From the NCBI GenBank assembly GCA_002499545.1, contig DAME01000025.1, positions 6,911 to 70,910 on the forward strand: a DNA stretch of 64,000 nt, read 5' to 3'. Below the pieces are notes generated by a model, which saw only the letters and a program-made list of their open reading frames with translations, did not search any database and had not been told where the DNA came from. Made by a program: the position numbers and the translations under genes. The number at the start of each line of letters is the position of its first letter. Position 1 is the stretch's first letter. The DNA is from Euryarchaeota archaeon UBA88 (GTDB lineage Archaea; Thermoplasmatota; Poseidoniia; Poseidoniales; Poseidoniaceae). Positions 1 through 9,574 of this stretch are shown piece by piece.

Positions 1-292
1 GGAGTTGGTCTTGCTCACCCAAGGAGGTCACACTTGGACGGTACAACTCGAGTTCATTGCCACTTCTCAGGAACCGTCATTCTTTGAACAGTGGCGCAGC
101 CCAGGAAATGTGTTGTTCATTGCCGGCTTACTGAGCGCACTGTGGGTACTGCTCGGCATGGTAGACTCGAAGCGTGAATCGACGAATAAGCGAACTATGG
201 AAACCGTCCACGTTCATCCTACGATGGAAGATAAAACAGAGGACAAGGTCACGGATGCATGGGGCCGAATCATCGATAAAAACGATGCTTAA
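1..292 (+). CDS. C-terminal part of a membrane-anchored protein (5' truncated by window edge)
   Basis: Open frame from the window start to TAA at 290-292; one hydrophobic helix (VLFIAGLLSALWVLLGMV) followed by a charged tail. Confidence 0.6.
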   Translation, partial: ELVLLTQGGHTWTVQLEFIATSQEPSFFEQWRSPGNVLFIAGLLSALWVLLGMVDSKRESTNKRTMETVHVHPTMEDKTEDKVTDAWGRIIDKNDA

Positions 293-1395
293 CGACCGGG
301 CTGCCAGCGCTTCATTTGAAGGCAGAACCATGAATCATCAGATTGAATTGCGCACAACCACTGTTTGTGGACTCCCTCAGCGAGACGGACTGCCAAGCAG
401 GCAGCATCCCATGTTTGGGGCGCAGCATGATGTGGTTGAATGAGCCATGGAGCGTGAGCTTCGCCAACCGAACCATCGTAAGCGCGCCAGCGGCAACCGT
501 ACTTGAAACCAGGTCGTAGAAGTAGACCGAGTCCCATGAGATAATCGTAAAGTCGCAGACTTGACGGAATCGCCTTTGACTCGAGGAGAGATTCCAAGAA
601 CACGCCTTCTTCATAACGAAGGTGGCGTCCAGAAAGATGCTCGACACCAATTGATTCCCAGGGCCATATCTGACACGGAATATACCACCCAGTGCCACGA
701 GAAATTTTCAGGCCCCAAAGACGAGCTAATTCAGCACGATGCTCAGAAGTGAATGAATCCCACAAGTCTTGGCGACCGGTTGGGACTTCTTGGTTGAGGA
801 GATACATGGTGACGTCCATTTCCTCATCAATGACAAAAAGTTCGGCTGCACGTCCAAGTGATTGAACTGTTCGAGTCCACTGAAGGAGTTCCTCCCAATT
901 AATTTCGTCCGTAGTCCAGGCCCAGCGCACGTGTGCAACGGGTTCTTCTTTGGTGAAAACTTGCCCACGATCCCATCGCAGAGCCCACGTATTTCTTACT
1001 TGGTTTAATTGGCGGTCCTGGGGAACATGAGACAATGGAATAACCAATTCTCCACCACTGCGAGCAACGTCAAAGATGATTGAACGTGCAATCAAATCTG
1101 AATCTGAACGCACAGCGGATTCAAACCAATCAGTCGATGGAAGGGGGACATGTCGCTGCCAATGGCAAAAAAGAATCTCTTCACCGTTGACGCGGATTGA
1201 ATCATCGTCCATCCGAAGACCTAGTCCACTTTTTTGATGTAAGCGAACAGAAAGAGGCGCCTCAATGTACCAGTGACCGTCAATTGCAACGGGAGGTGAA
1301 TGGGGAACGGAAGGTGCTTGATTATCAGAAAGCGATTGGCCAATGGGTCGGGTTGAACGCTGACGAGGGATGAACTTCCGGTTCTGTCTCGCCAT
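289..1395 (-). CDS. endA: tRNA-splicing (intron) endonuclease, two-repeat homodimeric type
   Basis: C-terminal unit GLLLRPGFKYGCRWRAY...HAPW...RLAEGVHK carries the Tyr/His/Lys triad; degenerate N-terminal repeat ends in VIDEEMDVTMY (L10-like acidic loop). Confidence 0.85.
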   Translation of the reverse strand: MARQNRKFIPRQRSTRPIGQSLSDNQAPSVPHSPPVAIDGHWYIEAPLSVRLHQKSGLGLRMDDDSIRVNGEEILFCHWQRHVPLPSTDWFESAVRSDSDLIARSIIFDVARSGGELVIPLSHVPQDRQLNQVRNTWALRWDRGQVFTKEEPVAHVRWAWTTDEINWEELLQWTRTVQSLGRAAELFVIDEEMDVTMYLLNQEVPTGRQDLWDSFTSEHRAELARLWGLKISRGTGWYIPCQIWPWESIGVEHLSGRHLRYEEGVFLESLLESKAIPSSLRLYDYLMGLGLLLRPGFKYGCRWRAYDGSVGEAHAPWLIQPHHAAPQTWDAACLAVRLAEGVHKQWLCAIQSDDSWFCLQMKRWQPGR

Positions 1396-1446
1396 AGCAT
1401 TGCGTAAGCACTGATACTTTTGAGTTCACGGGTAACCGATGCCCAT

Positions 1447-2442
1447 ATGAGCCGGCACCCCGTGGTAGTGTTGGGGAGCATCTTGGTGGACGGCTATCTC
1501 GGCTCATTGACAACCGAAGAGCGAATGCTGCTCCACTTGTGCGATAATATACTGCCCGAGGGAGAGTGGGAGGCGCCTGCCGCCCTAACACAAGCGGGAA
1601 TCTCAGCCGCAGTTCACGTCCAAAGAAAGCACGTACCACGTACGTTGAAGCGACTCGAAAAGCAGGGCGATATCGTCACGAGTAAACGGCATGTACCGGG
1701 CGCGAAGCAGCGTAGACACGTGTACGGATTAACTGCAAGTGGTCGTGAAAAGGCTGAGCTTCTCCGGGTTAATACTCTGAAGCAAACAGTCACATGCAGC
1801 GATGGCCAGACCGTTCTCAGCGATCTTCGCGGTGCCGCACAAGCGACATTGGATTTACTCTCCCACATCGATGAAGCAATGCACTACCATGAAAATCCGG
1901 TGGTCTCTCCTGTCTCGAATCCTGAAGGTGTCGCTTCGTTGGACGCACAAGCAGGTGAGCACCTTATTCGACGATTATTTGCTCGTGCATGGGAAGATGG
2001 AAGAATCACGAAAGATGAGCAATATCTTCTCAGTGAAGTTGTTGAATTTCTCGGAATGCATCCAGAACGAGTTCGACGACTCTCTGACGAGGCACGTCGG
2101 GAACAAAAAGCACCTCCTCCAGAGGAGATCTATCGAGATATGTTACGACAAGCCCTCATTGATGATGAACTGGTTGACGATGAAATCGCCTTGCTGGAAA
2201 CAGTTCGAATCGCTTATGGCTTTGACCGATTGACCCATGACAAATTACTCAACGAAGCGAAACAAACGCCACTTATTCCCGAAAATGTTCGTACTTACAA
2301 GTCTGCATTAAACACTGCAATGGATGACGGCGTCATCACTGAAGATGAGGGAGCAATGTTGAAGACCCTTCAAACAACACTCAACATCACCGATTCACAA
2401 CACGCAAGTTTACTTGCTGAGTTACGAGATACTATTGAATGA
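1447..2442 (+). CDS. winged-helix DNA-binding protein with C-terminal TerB-like helical repeats
   Basis: TQAGISAAVHVQRKHVPRTLKRLEKQG...YGLTASG is wHTH-like; three DGxITxDE-type repeats follow; start uncertain (ATG 1447 or a nearby GTG/ATG). Confidence 0.65.
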   Translation: MSRHPVVVLGSILVDGYLGSLTTEERMLLHLCDNILPEGEWEAPAALTQAGISAAVHVQRKHVPRTLKRLEKQGDIVTSKRHVPGAKQRRHVYGLTASGREKAELLRVNTLKQTVTCSDGQTVLSDLRGAAQATLDLLSHIDEAMHYHENPVVSPVSNPEGVASLDAQAGEHLIRRLFARAWEDGRITKDEQYLLSEVVEFLGMHPERVRRLSDEARREQKAPPPEEIYRDMLRQALIDDELVDDEIALLETVRIAYGFDRLTHDKLLNEAKQTPLIPENVRTYKSALNTAMDDGVITEDEGAMLKTLQTTLNITDSQHASLLAELRDTIE

Positions 2443-2457
2443 AAGGGAGCCGGTACT

Positions 2458-3519
2458 ATGGGAATGTCAGATGAAGAATTAGCGGTCTATGAAGAACTCT
2501 CGAAACTTAAAACTGAGTTGAAATCCAACGGTGATTCGAAAGTGGTTCTCATCGGCGACATCATGATGGATTGCTACATCCACGGATATGCGAACAATCT
2601 CAATTCAAGGGCACCAGTACCAGTTCTTCGCGAAACCATGCGTGAGGAAGATGTGGGCGCTGCTGCACATGTTGGTCGTGGACTCAAATCGATGGGAATG
2701 GAAAGTAGTTTATACGGAGTTGTGGGCGATGACAGGGCTGGTATGAATATTTTAGAATCCTTAAGTAAGGAAGGCGTTGGAACTGATGGAATTGCTATTG
2801 TCGATGGACGAATTACTACCGTTAAGACAAGGATGTTAGCGACACGTGAGAGCCTCGTGAGTGGTGAACAACTGTTGCTCCGATGGGATGTTGAAGACGA
2901 CCATCCAGTCCCTGCTGAAGCCTCCAAATCATTGTACGACCAAGCGATAACTGAGCTTGATGGAGCAGACGTACTGATCTTATCTGATTATGGACAAGGT
3001 GTCGTGAACGATGGTGGAGCAGAGCGAATTATTCGTGCTGCAAGGGAAAAAGCAGTTCCTATCGTTGCCGATCCGAAATTAACTGGATTGCACCGCACGC
3101 ATGGTGTAAATTGGATTCTCTTCCAAGCACAAGGCTTAGAATTAATGCGTAGAAGACTTGGAGTTTCAACGGGAAGTGAAGCTGCGCAACAACTTATTGA
3201 AGTTCATAATTGGGACCATTTAGTCGTTCTTTCGGGAGAAGGCGGGGTTACTATTTACTCCAAGAATCAGGAAATCGTTCACGCCCCGTGCACTCTCGAT
3301 GACTTGCGGCAGATGATTGGACTCATCGATGCGGCTGCTGTAGCAATCGCCGTTGCGATTTCGAAAAACATGAGTGTTCGAAATACTGCATTACTTGCAA
3401 ACGCTGCATGTGAATGTATTCTAGGTGCTGAACTCACCGAAGCGTTCGTTCTCAGCCGTGAAGATTTGGTCGATCGAATCGGTGAAATGTCTTGGAACCT
3501 CCAAGTTTCAAAACGCTGA
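2458..3519 (+). CDS. PfkB-family protein resembling the RfaE/HldE heptose-7-phosphate kinase domain (degenerate motifs)
   Basis: IGDIMMDCYIHG...APVPV, GVVGDD.AG, TTVKTR, LSDYGQG and ADPK match HldE domain I; GAGD is replaced by GLID. Confidence 0.75.
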   Translation: MGMSDEELAVYEELSKLKTELKSNGDSKVVLIGDIMMDCYIHGYANNLNSRAPVPVLRETMREEDVGAAAHVGRGLKSMGMESSLYGVVGDDRAGMNILESLSKEGVGTDGIAIVDGRITTVKTRMLATRESLVSGEQLLLRWDVEDDHPVPAEASKSLYDQAITELDGADVLILSDYGQGVVNDGGAERIIRAAREKAVPIVADPKLTGLHRTHGVNWILFQAQGLELMRRRLGVSTGSEAAQQLIEVHNWDHLVVLSGEGGVTIYSKNQEIVHAPCTLDDLRQMIGLIDAAAVAIAVAISKNMSVRNTALLANAACECILGAELTEAFVLSREDLVDRIGEMSWNLQVSKR

Positions 3520-3528
3520 GGTGTTTCG

Positions 3529-4029
3529 ATGAGTTACTGGCCCAGGCCAACAACGGCAGATATTGGTCTACGTGCATTCGCATCAAGCGCTCACCGGCTT
3601 TTCACAGAGGCAACCATAGGAATGCAGAGTATCTTACTTTCTTCAAAGGGCGCTCTTGAATTGGATACACACGTTCGACATTCCTCACAGTGGCAGATTA
3701 TGTGCCACAAAAGCGGCTCCCAGATCGATTATGGATTGGTACTAATTCAGTGGTTAGAAGAAGTGCTCTACCGGAGCGAAGTCAAAGAGCAGTGGCTTGT
3801 TGACGCGCATTTCACCATTGAAGATCATTTAGAGGGAATTCGATTGAATGCGAATGTTTCATGGGTGAATGCAGATTGTGTTGAACGAGAAATAGAAATT
3901 AAAGCGGTCACGAGTCATGAGTTACAATTCAAAGAAATTCATGCGAATGAAGCGTTGACTTCGCCCTGGGAGGGCGTACCGGATTTTCAAGGACCGGGCT
4001 GGTTTTGCGATGTGGTATTCGATATTTGA
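3529..4029 (+). CDS. archease (RtcB activator)
   Basis: TADIGLRA at the N-terminus, EIKAVTSH, C-terminal FDI; GAGGTG Shine-Dalgarno upstream. Confidence 0.85.
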   Translation: MSYWPRPTTADIGLRAFASSAHRLFTEATIGMQSILLSSKGALELDTHVRHSSQWQIMCHKSGSQIDYGLVLIQWLEEVLYRSEVKEQWLVDAHFTIEDHLEGIRLNANVSWVNADCVEREIEIKAVTSHELQFKEIHANEALTSPWEGVPDFQGPGWFCDVVFDI

Positions 4030-4265
4030 CCTACCAATCCATCCGTAGTCAGCCTGCTACCAATGTAAAAACCTACAGTATTCACAATGACGTCAGCGAA
4101 TTTGTTGGACCATTCTTCCACTGCAAATTCGTAGGGTAGAATCAGTTCAAGTGCTTCCCATCCCAGACTGAGAAGAAGAAAAATGCTCCAATGCTGAAGA
4201 ATATAGCGGCCAGTAAAAAACCAAATCAGAAAGTGTGAGACTGAATAGAGGTTGAGCATCGCCAT
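3987..4265 (-). CDS. small integral membrane protein
   Basis: Three hydrophobic segments with H..F...G, LGWEALE and N..ADVIVN..G patterns; start ATG 4265 or 4259, just downstream of SRP RNA. Confidence 0.6.
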   Translation of the reverse strand: MAMLNLYSVSHFLIWFFTGRYILQHWSIFLLLSLGWEALELILPYEFAVEEWSNKFADVIVNTVGFYIGSRLTTDGLVGQISNTTSQNQPGP

Positions 4266-4286
4266 AGGAGCACCAGAGAGTGGGAG

Positions 4287-4586
4287 GGCCAATGGTGGAC
4301 GACCGTACTCTTTGGCCTAGCCCACATACTTCCTCCATCCCGATACCCCACAGCACCCATGGCTCCGAGTAGGGCTGCTCCGTTCCCGGCCTGACCTATT
4401 CCCCCGGTTATCCAGTTCCTGTTTCCCTCCGGAAACAGTTCATGACACCCGAGTCATGTGGGGGCGAGACATCAACGTCCGCGTGTAGAAACCAAAAAGC
4501 CGCTTTCGCCGCCCAAAGGCGTTCAGCCCACCGTAAAGACGATTTGTGGTACAGGGTACGCCTAGCTCCCCACCTATCCCATTCAG
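4287..4586 (-). ncRNA. ffs: archaeal signal recognition particle (7S) RNA
   Basis: Minus strand has helix 8 GTCAGG-CCG-GGAA-CGG-AGCAGC, helix 6 CTGTTTCC-GGAG-GGAAACAG, Alu-like 5' GGCGTACCCTGTACC and terminal AATGG/CCATT pairing; ~300 nt, ends approximate. Confidence 0.92.
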
Positions 4587-4637
4587 GCCTGCACAAGGTC
4601 ATATTTGAACGCAACCCAAGACTGGTGTGACGGAAAT

Positions 4638-5024
4638 TCACTCAGTCGCTTCTTCATACTTTGAAGGACAGGATGTTTTGATAACGTCAGAATGTAGCAC
4701 ATACTCCCCATCGACAAACTTCAATACTCCCTGTGCGTAAACCGTACGATTGTCACCCAGACCATTGGAAACAGATGCGTCGGCATAATCGATACGTAGC
4801 GTATGGGTGGTGCCGTGTAAAATAAATTCAAAGTTCGATTCGTCAATGCTACCGTCCAACACTTCACCCCGAATCGCAATTTCTTGGTCAACGTACTGTG
4901 ATGGGTCGTCCATTACTTCATCGATTTGACGTGTTGGTTCAGGGGCTTCCATCAACAACACACCAAGTAAGCCTATCGTGATGATTCCACCCAAAATGAA
5001 AATTCGAACACGCCGTGAATACAT
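4638..5024 (-). CDS. ccmE: cytochrome c maturation heme chaperone CcmE, CxxxY type
   Basis: N-terminal TM, IRGEVLDGSI, VYAQG, C-terminal SCPSKYE; ATG 5024 preferred over GTG 5036. Confidence 0.85.
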   Translation of the reverse strand: MYSRRVRIFILGGIITIGLLGVLLMEAPEPTRQIDEVMDDPSQYVDQEIAIRGEVLDGSIDESNFEFILHGTTHTLRIDYADASVSNGLGDNRTVYAQGVLKFVDGEYVLHSDVIKTSCPSKYEEATE

Positions 5025-5036
5025 GATAATCCCCAC

Positions 5037-6185
5037 TTATTCATTCCCTTGAATTGCTCTGGACTCCGTGTGTGAAAAACCAATGGCTTCCTCGAACGTA
5101 GAATAGGGACTCTCACGTAATTTCTTGTGAAGGCCATGGACTACAGATTTGGTGAGACCCGCCCCCTCAAACACGAAACCAGAATATGCTTGCAATAAAC
5201 AAGCACCTGCGCCAATTTTCTCCCAAGCATCCTGTGCACTCATGATACCGCCTACACCAACTATCGGCCAATCGCCATCCGTAATCTGGTAGATTTTATG
5301 AATCATTTCAGTTGATCGATTAAGCAGTGGTGCACCGCTAAGACCACCGGTTTCAGCGAACACTTTTGCATCGGAGGACGAAGATGGAGTGCTACGCTCG
5401 ACTGTAGTGTTCGTAGCAACAATACCGTCGCAACCTGCCAGTCGTGCAGTTTTAACTACCGCATGAAGTTGATCATCAGTTAGATCTGGAGCAATTTTAA
5501 CCAGCAGTGGTTTCTGCGCTGTACCGTGTTTTTCGGACATCGTTTGGTTCACTCCTCGACAAGAATTGATGATAGATTCAAGTGCAGAATCATGCTGAAG
5601 TTCTCGAAGATTTGGCGTATTCGGTGATGAAACATTGATGACAAACACATCAACATACTTCCACAACCTCGTCATTGTCGTAGCATAATCGGCAGCAGAT
5701 TCTTCCAAGGGGGTTATTTTTGACTTGCCTAAATTGGCCCAAAGAGGCACACTTGGCTTCCCGATGTTGGTGATATGAGTCTTGAGAAAAGTAGCCGTTT
5801 TTTCGCTACCTGCATTGTTAAAGCCCATACGATTAACCAGTGCCATAGAATTGCTCGCTCGGAACATTCTAGGCTTAGGATTACCATCTTGTTCGTGCTG
5901 TGTAATACCACCAATTTCAATGAATGCAAGACCTAACGATTCCCAACCTCGCAGTGCTTCTGCTTTCTTATCGAGTCCTGCGGCAATACCAAACGGGTGC
6001 TGGTATGTTTGGCCAAAACGGGTGATTGGGAGATGCTTACGGGGTTTGTAGAGAAGTGAAAGAGTTGCGCGGAAGAGTGGATTGGATGATGCGATACGAA
6101 GAGCACGCAGTGCACGAGAGTGTGATTTTTCAGAGTCAAAGACGCGAAGGGCGGGACGCACCAATACGCGATAGCCAATGCCCAT
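5037..6185 (-). CDS. pyrD: quinone-dependent (class 2) dihydroorotate dehydrogenase
   Basis: GIAAGLDK, Q.GNPKPRMFR, NRMGFNN, NVSSPNTPNLR, VKIAPDL, GGLSG, GVGGI; start set at ATG 6185. Confidence 0.95.
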   Translation of the reverse strand: MGIGYRVLVRPALRVFDSEKSHSRALRALRIASSNPLFRATLSLLYKPRKHLPITRFGQTYQHPFGIAAGLDKKAEALRGWESLGLAFIEIGGITQHEQDGNPKPRMFRASNSMALVNRMGFNNAGSEKTATFLKTHITNIGKPSVPLWANLGKSKITPLEESAADYATTMTRLWKYVDVFVINVSSPNTPNLRELQHDSALESIINSCRGVNQTMSEKHGTAQKPLLVKIAPDLTDDQLHAVVKTARLAGCDGIVATNTTVERSTPSSSSDAKVFAETGGLSGAPLLNRSTEMIHKIYQITDGDWPIVGVGGIMSAQDAWEKIGAGACLLQAYSGFVFEGAGLTKSVVHGLHKKLRESPYSTFEEAIGFSHTESRAIQGNE

Positions 6186-6244
6186 GTTACAGGGGTTGAA
6201 GCGGTATCCTTCAAGACTTCCGCCCCCTCCGACCGTTTGTGCGT

Positions 6245-6676
6245 ATGGATAACCCCCTTTGGCCAGTTGTCCGCGAATCGGCACGTCGGCTGCTGCGACT
6301 GGATGGAATTCATTTAGAAATTCCATTTGAATTTAAGCAAGATTTCGACAGAGTCGTATTGGCAATGGCCGATTCACAGCCATCGCGTACGGTGTTTCCG
6401 AGCGTGACATATGGAGGGAATGCTACAGTACAGTTGATACTTTTGTCTCCGGAGGAAAGCCTCTCTGGGACGGTCGTCTTTATTGGCATGAAAGAACCTA
6501 AAAAAAATACTTGTTGGATAAAAAAGGACGTTGTTGAAGGCTGGAAGTTGCTTATGGAAACCACGCATGAACTCCTCAAGGCAGGTTACCCTGGATGTCT
6601 TGGATGTGGCGGTCCACATTCAGAGTTACCGTGGGATGAAGAAAAATCTCGACAGCGAATTCAAAACAATGAATGA
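6245..6676 (+). CDS. hypothetical protein with CxxC (GYPGCLGCGGP)
   Basis: 143-aa ORF divergent from pyrD that fills the gap; no family recognised. Confidence 0.65.
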   Translation: MDNPLWPVVRESARRLLRLDGIHLEIPFEFKQDFDRVVLAMADSQPSRTVFPSVTYGGNATVQLILLSPEESLSGTVVFIGMKEPKKNTCWIKKDVVEGWKLLMETTHELLKAGYPGCLGCGGPHSELPWDEEKSRQRIQNNE

Positions 6677-6765
6677 ATCTTCACATCAGTTCAGATACAA
6701 ATGTATCTGTACAAAACAAGTTCAAAGAGAGAGTTCAAGTATCCTCGACGACCCGATAGCAAAAC

Positions 6766-9513
6766 ATGAGTATCGTCATCGTGGCCGAGAAACCGAGTGT
6801 TGCGAATGATATTGCTCAGGTTCTCGGTGCTTCTCAAAAGCACGACACACATTGGGAAGGTAACGGCCTTTTGGTCACGTGGGCCATCGGACATTTGCTT
6901 CAACTAAAGTACATGGACGATTACGATGAGGCATTCAAGGACTGGAGAAAAACGGTCGACAGGTTACCCTACATTCCTGAATCCTTTGAGTACAAGCCAA
7001 TCGGTGGTCGAGGTAAAAAACAACTCCAAGCAATCACAAAACTCATCAAAACCAAAGAAGTGACAGAAATCGTCAATGCGTGTGACGCAGCACGAGAAGG
7101 TGAACTGATTTTCAGAACCATTGTTCAACATTCGAAATCCTCTACTCCAACATCGCGAATGTGGCTTCAGTCAATGACAACTGATTCCATCATGAATGCT
7201 TGGGATTCTCGCCAAAAAGGCGAAGAATACAACGATTTGCGCGATGCTGCATATTCCCGTTCAGAAGCCGATTGGATTATTGGAATGAACGGCTCACGTA
7301 TAGCAAATTCATTTCTCCCGCGCAAGAAAAACGAACGTTCCGCAATCTCCCTTGGGCGTGTTCAAACCGCAACACTGGCGATGATTGTGAACCACGAAAT
7401 CAGCGTCTTGAGTCACATTCCACTGCCGTTCTGGCAGTTAGAAGCTGTGTTCGAGTCCGGTGAGGCGTCGTGGAATGCTCGATGGGAGCGCTCCAACCAT
7501 GTAGACGACCCGGACCAACCAGATTACAAAGCCCACAGAATTGTCGAACAGGCAGAACATGACCGCTTGATGGAGATACTCAAATCTGGTAAAAAAGCAG
7601 ATGTGAAACAGTCTCAAAGGGACTCGGTAGAAAAACCACCGCTCAATTTTGATTTGACCAGCCTACAACGGGAAGCCAATAACTTGTTCAGTTGGTCTGC
7701 TAAGAGAACTTTAGGTATTGCTCAAGACCTTTACGACCGGCATAAATTAACCACCTACCCACGTACCGACTCACGGCATTTGCCTGAAGACATGCATGAG
7801 CAAATCGCCAAAACGATACGTCAACTCGGTGCACAAGACGACTACAACAGCCACTCAAAGCGAATCATCGACGATGGAATGAAAAACGCTGGACGAAACT
7901 TCAACAATGACAAAGTCAGTGATCACTTCGCCATCATTCCTACGGGGAAACTTCCAGAGGGTGGTTTGAGTCCAGACCACGTCCGCTTGTACGACCTTAT
8001 CGTTCGTACATTCCTTGCCTCATGGCATCCTGAAGCAACTTGGGATGTACAAAAGCGAACAGCAGTTCTTGATGGTGAGCAGTTCATAAAAGAAGCCAGA
8101 ACACTGAAGATCCCAGGATGGAGAGCAGTCCGACCGAAGAAACAGGATCTTCCTGATGGTTGGAATGTCCTGCCATCCAATCCTTGTGAAGCCGGTGTCC
8201 CATCATACGAATTCCGCGAAGAGCGGTCCAAACCTAAGGGCCGGTTAAAGGAAGCAGGACTTTTGCGCTTGATGGAGCATGCTGGAAAGCAAGTCGACGA
8301 TGAAGCGTTGGCTTCGGCCATGAAAGAGAAGGGATTAGGTACACCTGCAACTCGGGCAGACACTATTGAGAAGCTTGTCGATCGTGGATACATTCTCCGT
8401 TCAAAGGGTGGAAGTATTAGTGCGACTCCACACGGCATACGCATCATCGATGTGTTGAAGCGAATTCCAGTCGAATGGATTACTTCGCCGGAGATGACCG
8501 GTGAGATGGAAGCATCACTTCTAAGGGTTCAGCGAGGAGAGGAGCCTCGTGAGACATACATGAACGCCGTCATCGAGCAAACGCAAACGATGGTTGAGCG
8601 TATCAAAAATCACGACCGTTCAACGCTCTACTTGGATGTCGAGCCTATTGGAGCGTGCCCTGAATGCCAGTCATCAATTCTAGAAACTACGCTGTCCTAT
8701 CAGTGTGAAAAGAATGAAGGAAGGGACAAAGGTTGTTCCTTTGTCTTTTGGAAAGACACTTGTGGTCGCTGGTTTGACCATTCTACTGCTTCACGCTTGC
8801 TGGAAAAGAAGCAGATTGAAGACCTTCATGGATTTTTTAACAGAGCAGGCGAACCCTATGTTGCATCTGTAAAGATTGGTGCGGCTGGTAAGGTCGAGTT
8901 CATTGGTGGAGGGGAATCATCTACCGATGCGTCCGATGAACCAGTCTGTGCGTGTCCTGCTTGTGACCATGGAACCATTCGAATTGGTCAAACCATGTAT
9001 GCGTGTGACCACGAGGAGTGTAAATTCCGTGGACTCTCGAAAGAAATGTGCAAACGCCCAATTACTGTCGGTGAGGCAAAGAGTATCATGGAAAATGGAA
9101 AATCAGAACTCCTAGAAGACTTCACATCGAAAAGAGGTAAACCGTTCAAGGCATTTTTGGTGTTCGACAAAACACGTGTTAAGTTCGAATTTCCACCCCG
9201 TGAAGCTGCTGCAGATGCTACGAGATTCCCCGTTGTCGAAGGTGTTGTCGCTGTGTGCCCTAAAACAAAGGTGAACATCGTCGAAACCGAAACGCATTAC
9301 CAACCTGAAGAGGGATCTACTGGTTGCTCAATACAAATTTTGAGAGAAATATCGAAGCGAACAATTACTCGGGAGGAGGCAAAAATTCTCATTGAAAAAA
9401 GAGAAGTCGGCCCCTTTGATGATTTCATATCGAAAAAGACCAACAGGGAGTTTGCCGCGACCCTCTATCTCAAGAAGAACGAATCGATTGGATACCGATT
9501 TGCTAAGCGCTAA
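6766..9513 (+). CDS. topB: DNA topoisomerase III (type IA) with C-terminal Zn-ribbon-like repeats
   Basis: AEKPSVA, DAAREGELI, GRVQT, TYPRTDS (catalytic Tyr), GLGTPATRA; C-terminal repeats FTSKRGKPFKA/FISKKTNREF. Confidence 0.92.
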   Translation: MSIVIVAEKPSVANDIAQVLGASQKHDTHWEGNGLLVTWAIGHLLQLKYMDDYDEAFKDWRKTVDRLPYIPESFEYKPIGGRGKKQLQAITKLIKTKEVTEIVNACDAAREGELIFRTIVQHSKSSTPTSRMWLQSMTTDSIMNAWDSRQKGEEYNDLRDAAYSRSEADWIIGMNGSRIANSFLPRKKNERSAISLGRVQTATLAMIVNHEISVLSHIPLPFWQLEAVFESGEASWNARWERSNHVDDPDQPDYKAHRIVEQAEHDRLMEILKSGKKADVKQSQRDSVEKPPLNFDLTSLQREANNLFSWSAKRTLGIAQDLYDRHKLTTYPRTDSRHLPEDMHEQIAKTIRQLGAQDDYNSHSKRIIDDGMKNAGRNFNNDKVSDHFAIIPTGKLPEGGLSPDHVRLYDLIVRTFLASWHPEATWDVQKRTAVLDGEQFIKEARTLKIPGWRAVRPKKQDLPDGWNVLPSNPCEAGVPSYEFREERSKPKGRLKEAGLLRLMEHAGKQVDDEALASAMKEKGLGTPATRADTIEKLVDRGYILRSKGGSISATPHGIRIIDVLKRIPVEWITSPEMTGEMEASLLRVQRGEEPRETYMNAVIEQTQTMVERIKNHDRSTLYLDVEPIGACPECQSSILETTLSYQCEKNEGRDKGCSFVFWKDTCGRWFDHSTASRLLEKKQIEDLHGFFNRAGEPYVASVKIGAAGKVEFIGGGESSTDASDEPVCACPACDHGTIRIGQTMYACDHEECKFRGLSKEMCKRPITVGEAKSIMENGKSELLEDFTSKRGKPFKAFLVFDKTRVKFEFPPREAAADATRFPVVEGVVAVCPKTKVNIVETETHYQPEEGSTGCSIQILREISKRTITREEAKILIEKREVGPFDDFISKKTNREFAATLYLKKNESIGYRFAKR

Positions 9514-9574
9514 TCCCGTATTTCAATCACATTGAGAGCGAAGGTTGATGTCCCCGTATTCCCCGCTTCAATCC

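Noticed and set aside
289-1395. Novel EndA architecture (three-unit epsilon type)
   Set aside because: Two units with a catalytic C-terminal repeat fit the ordinary euryarchaeal homodimeric type
4287-4586. Possible RNase P RNA or small CDSs (4408-4641, 4442-4630)
   Set aside because: Helix 6 and helix 8 signatures identify SRP RNA; the overlapping ORFs are spurious
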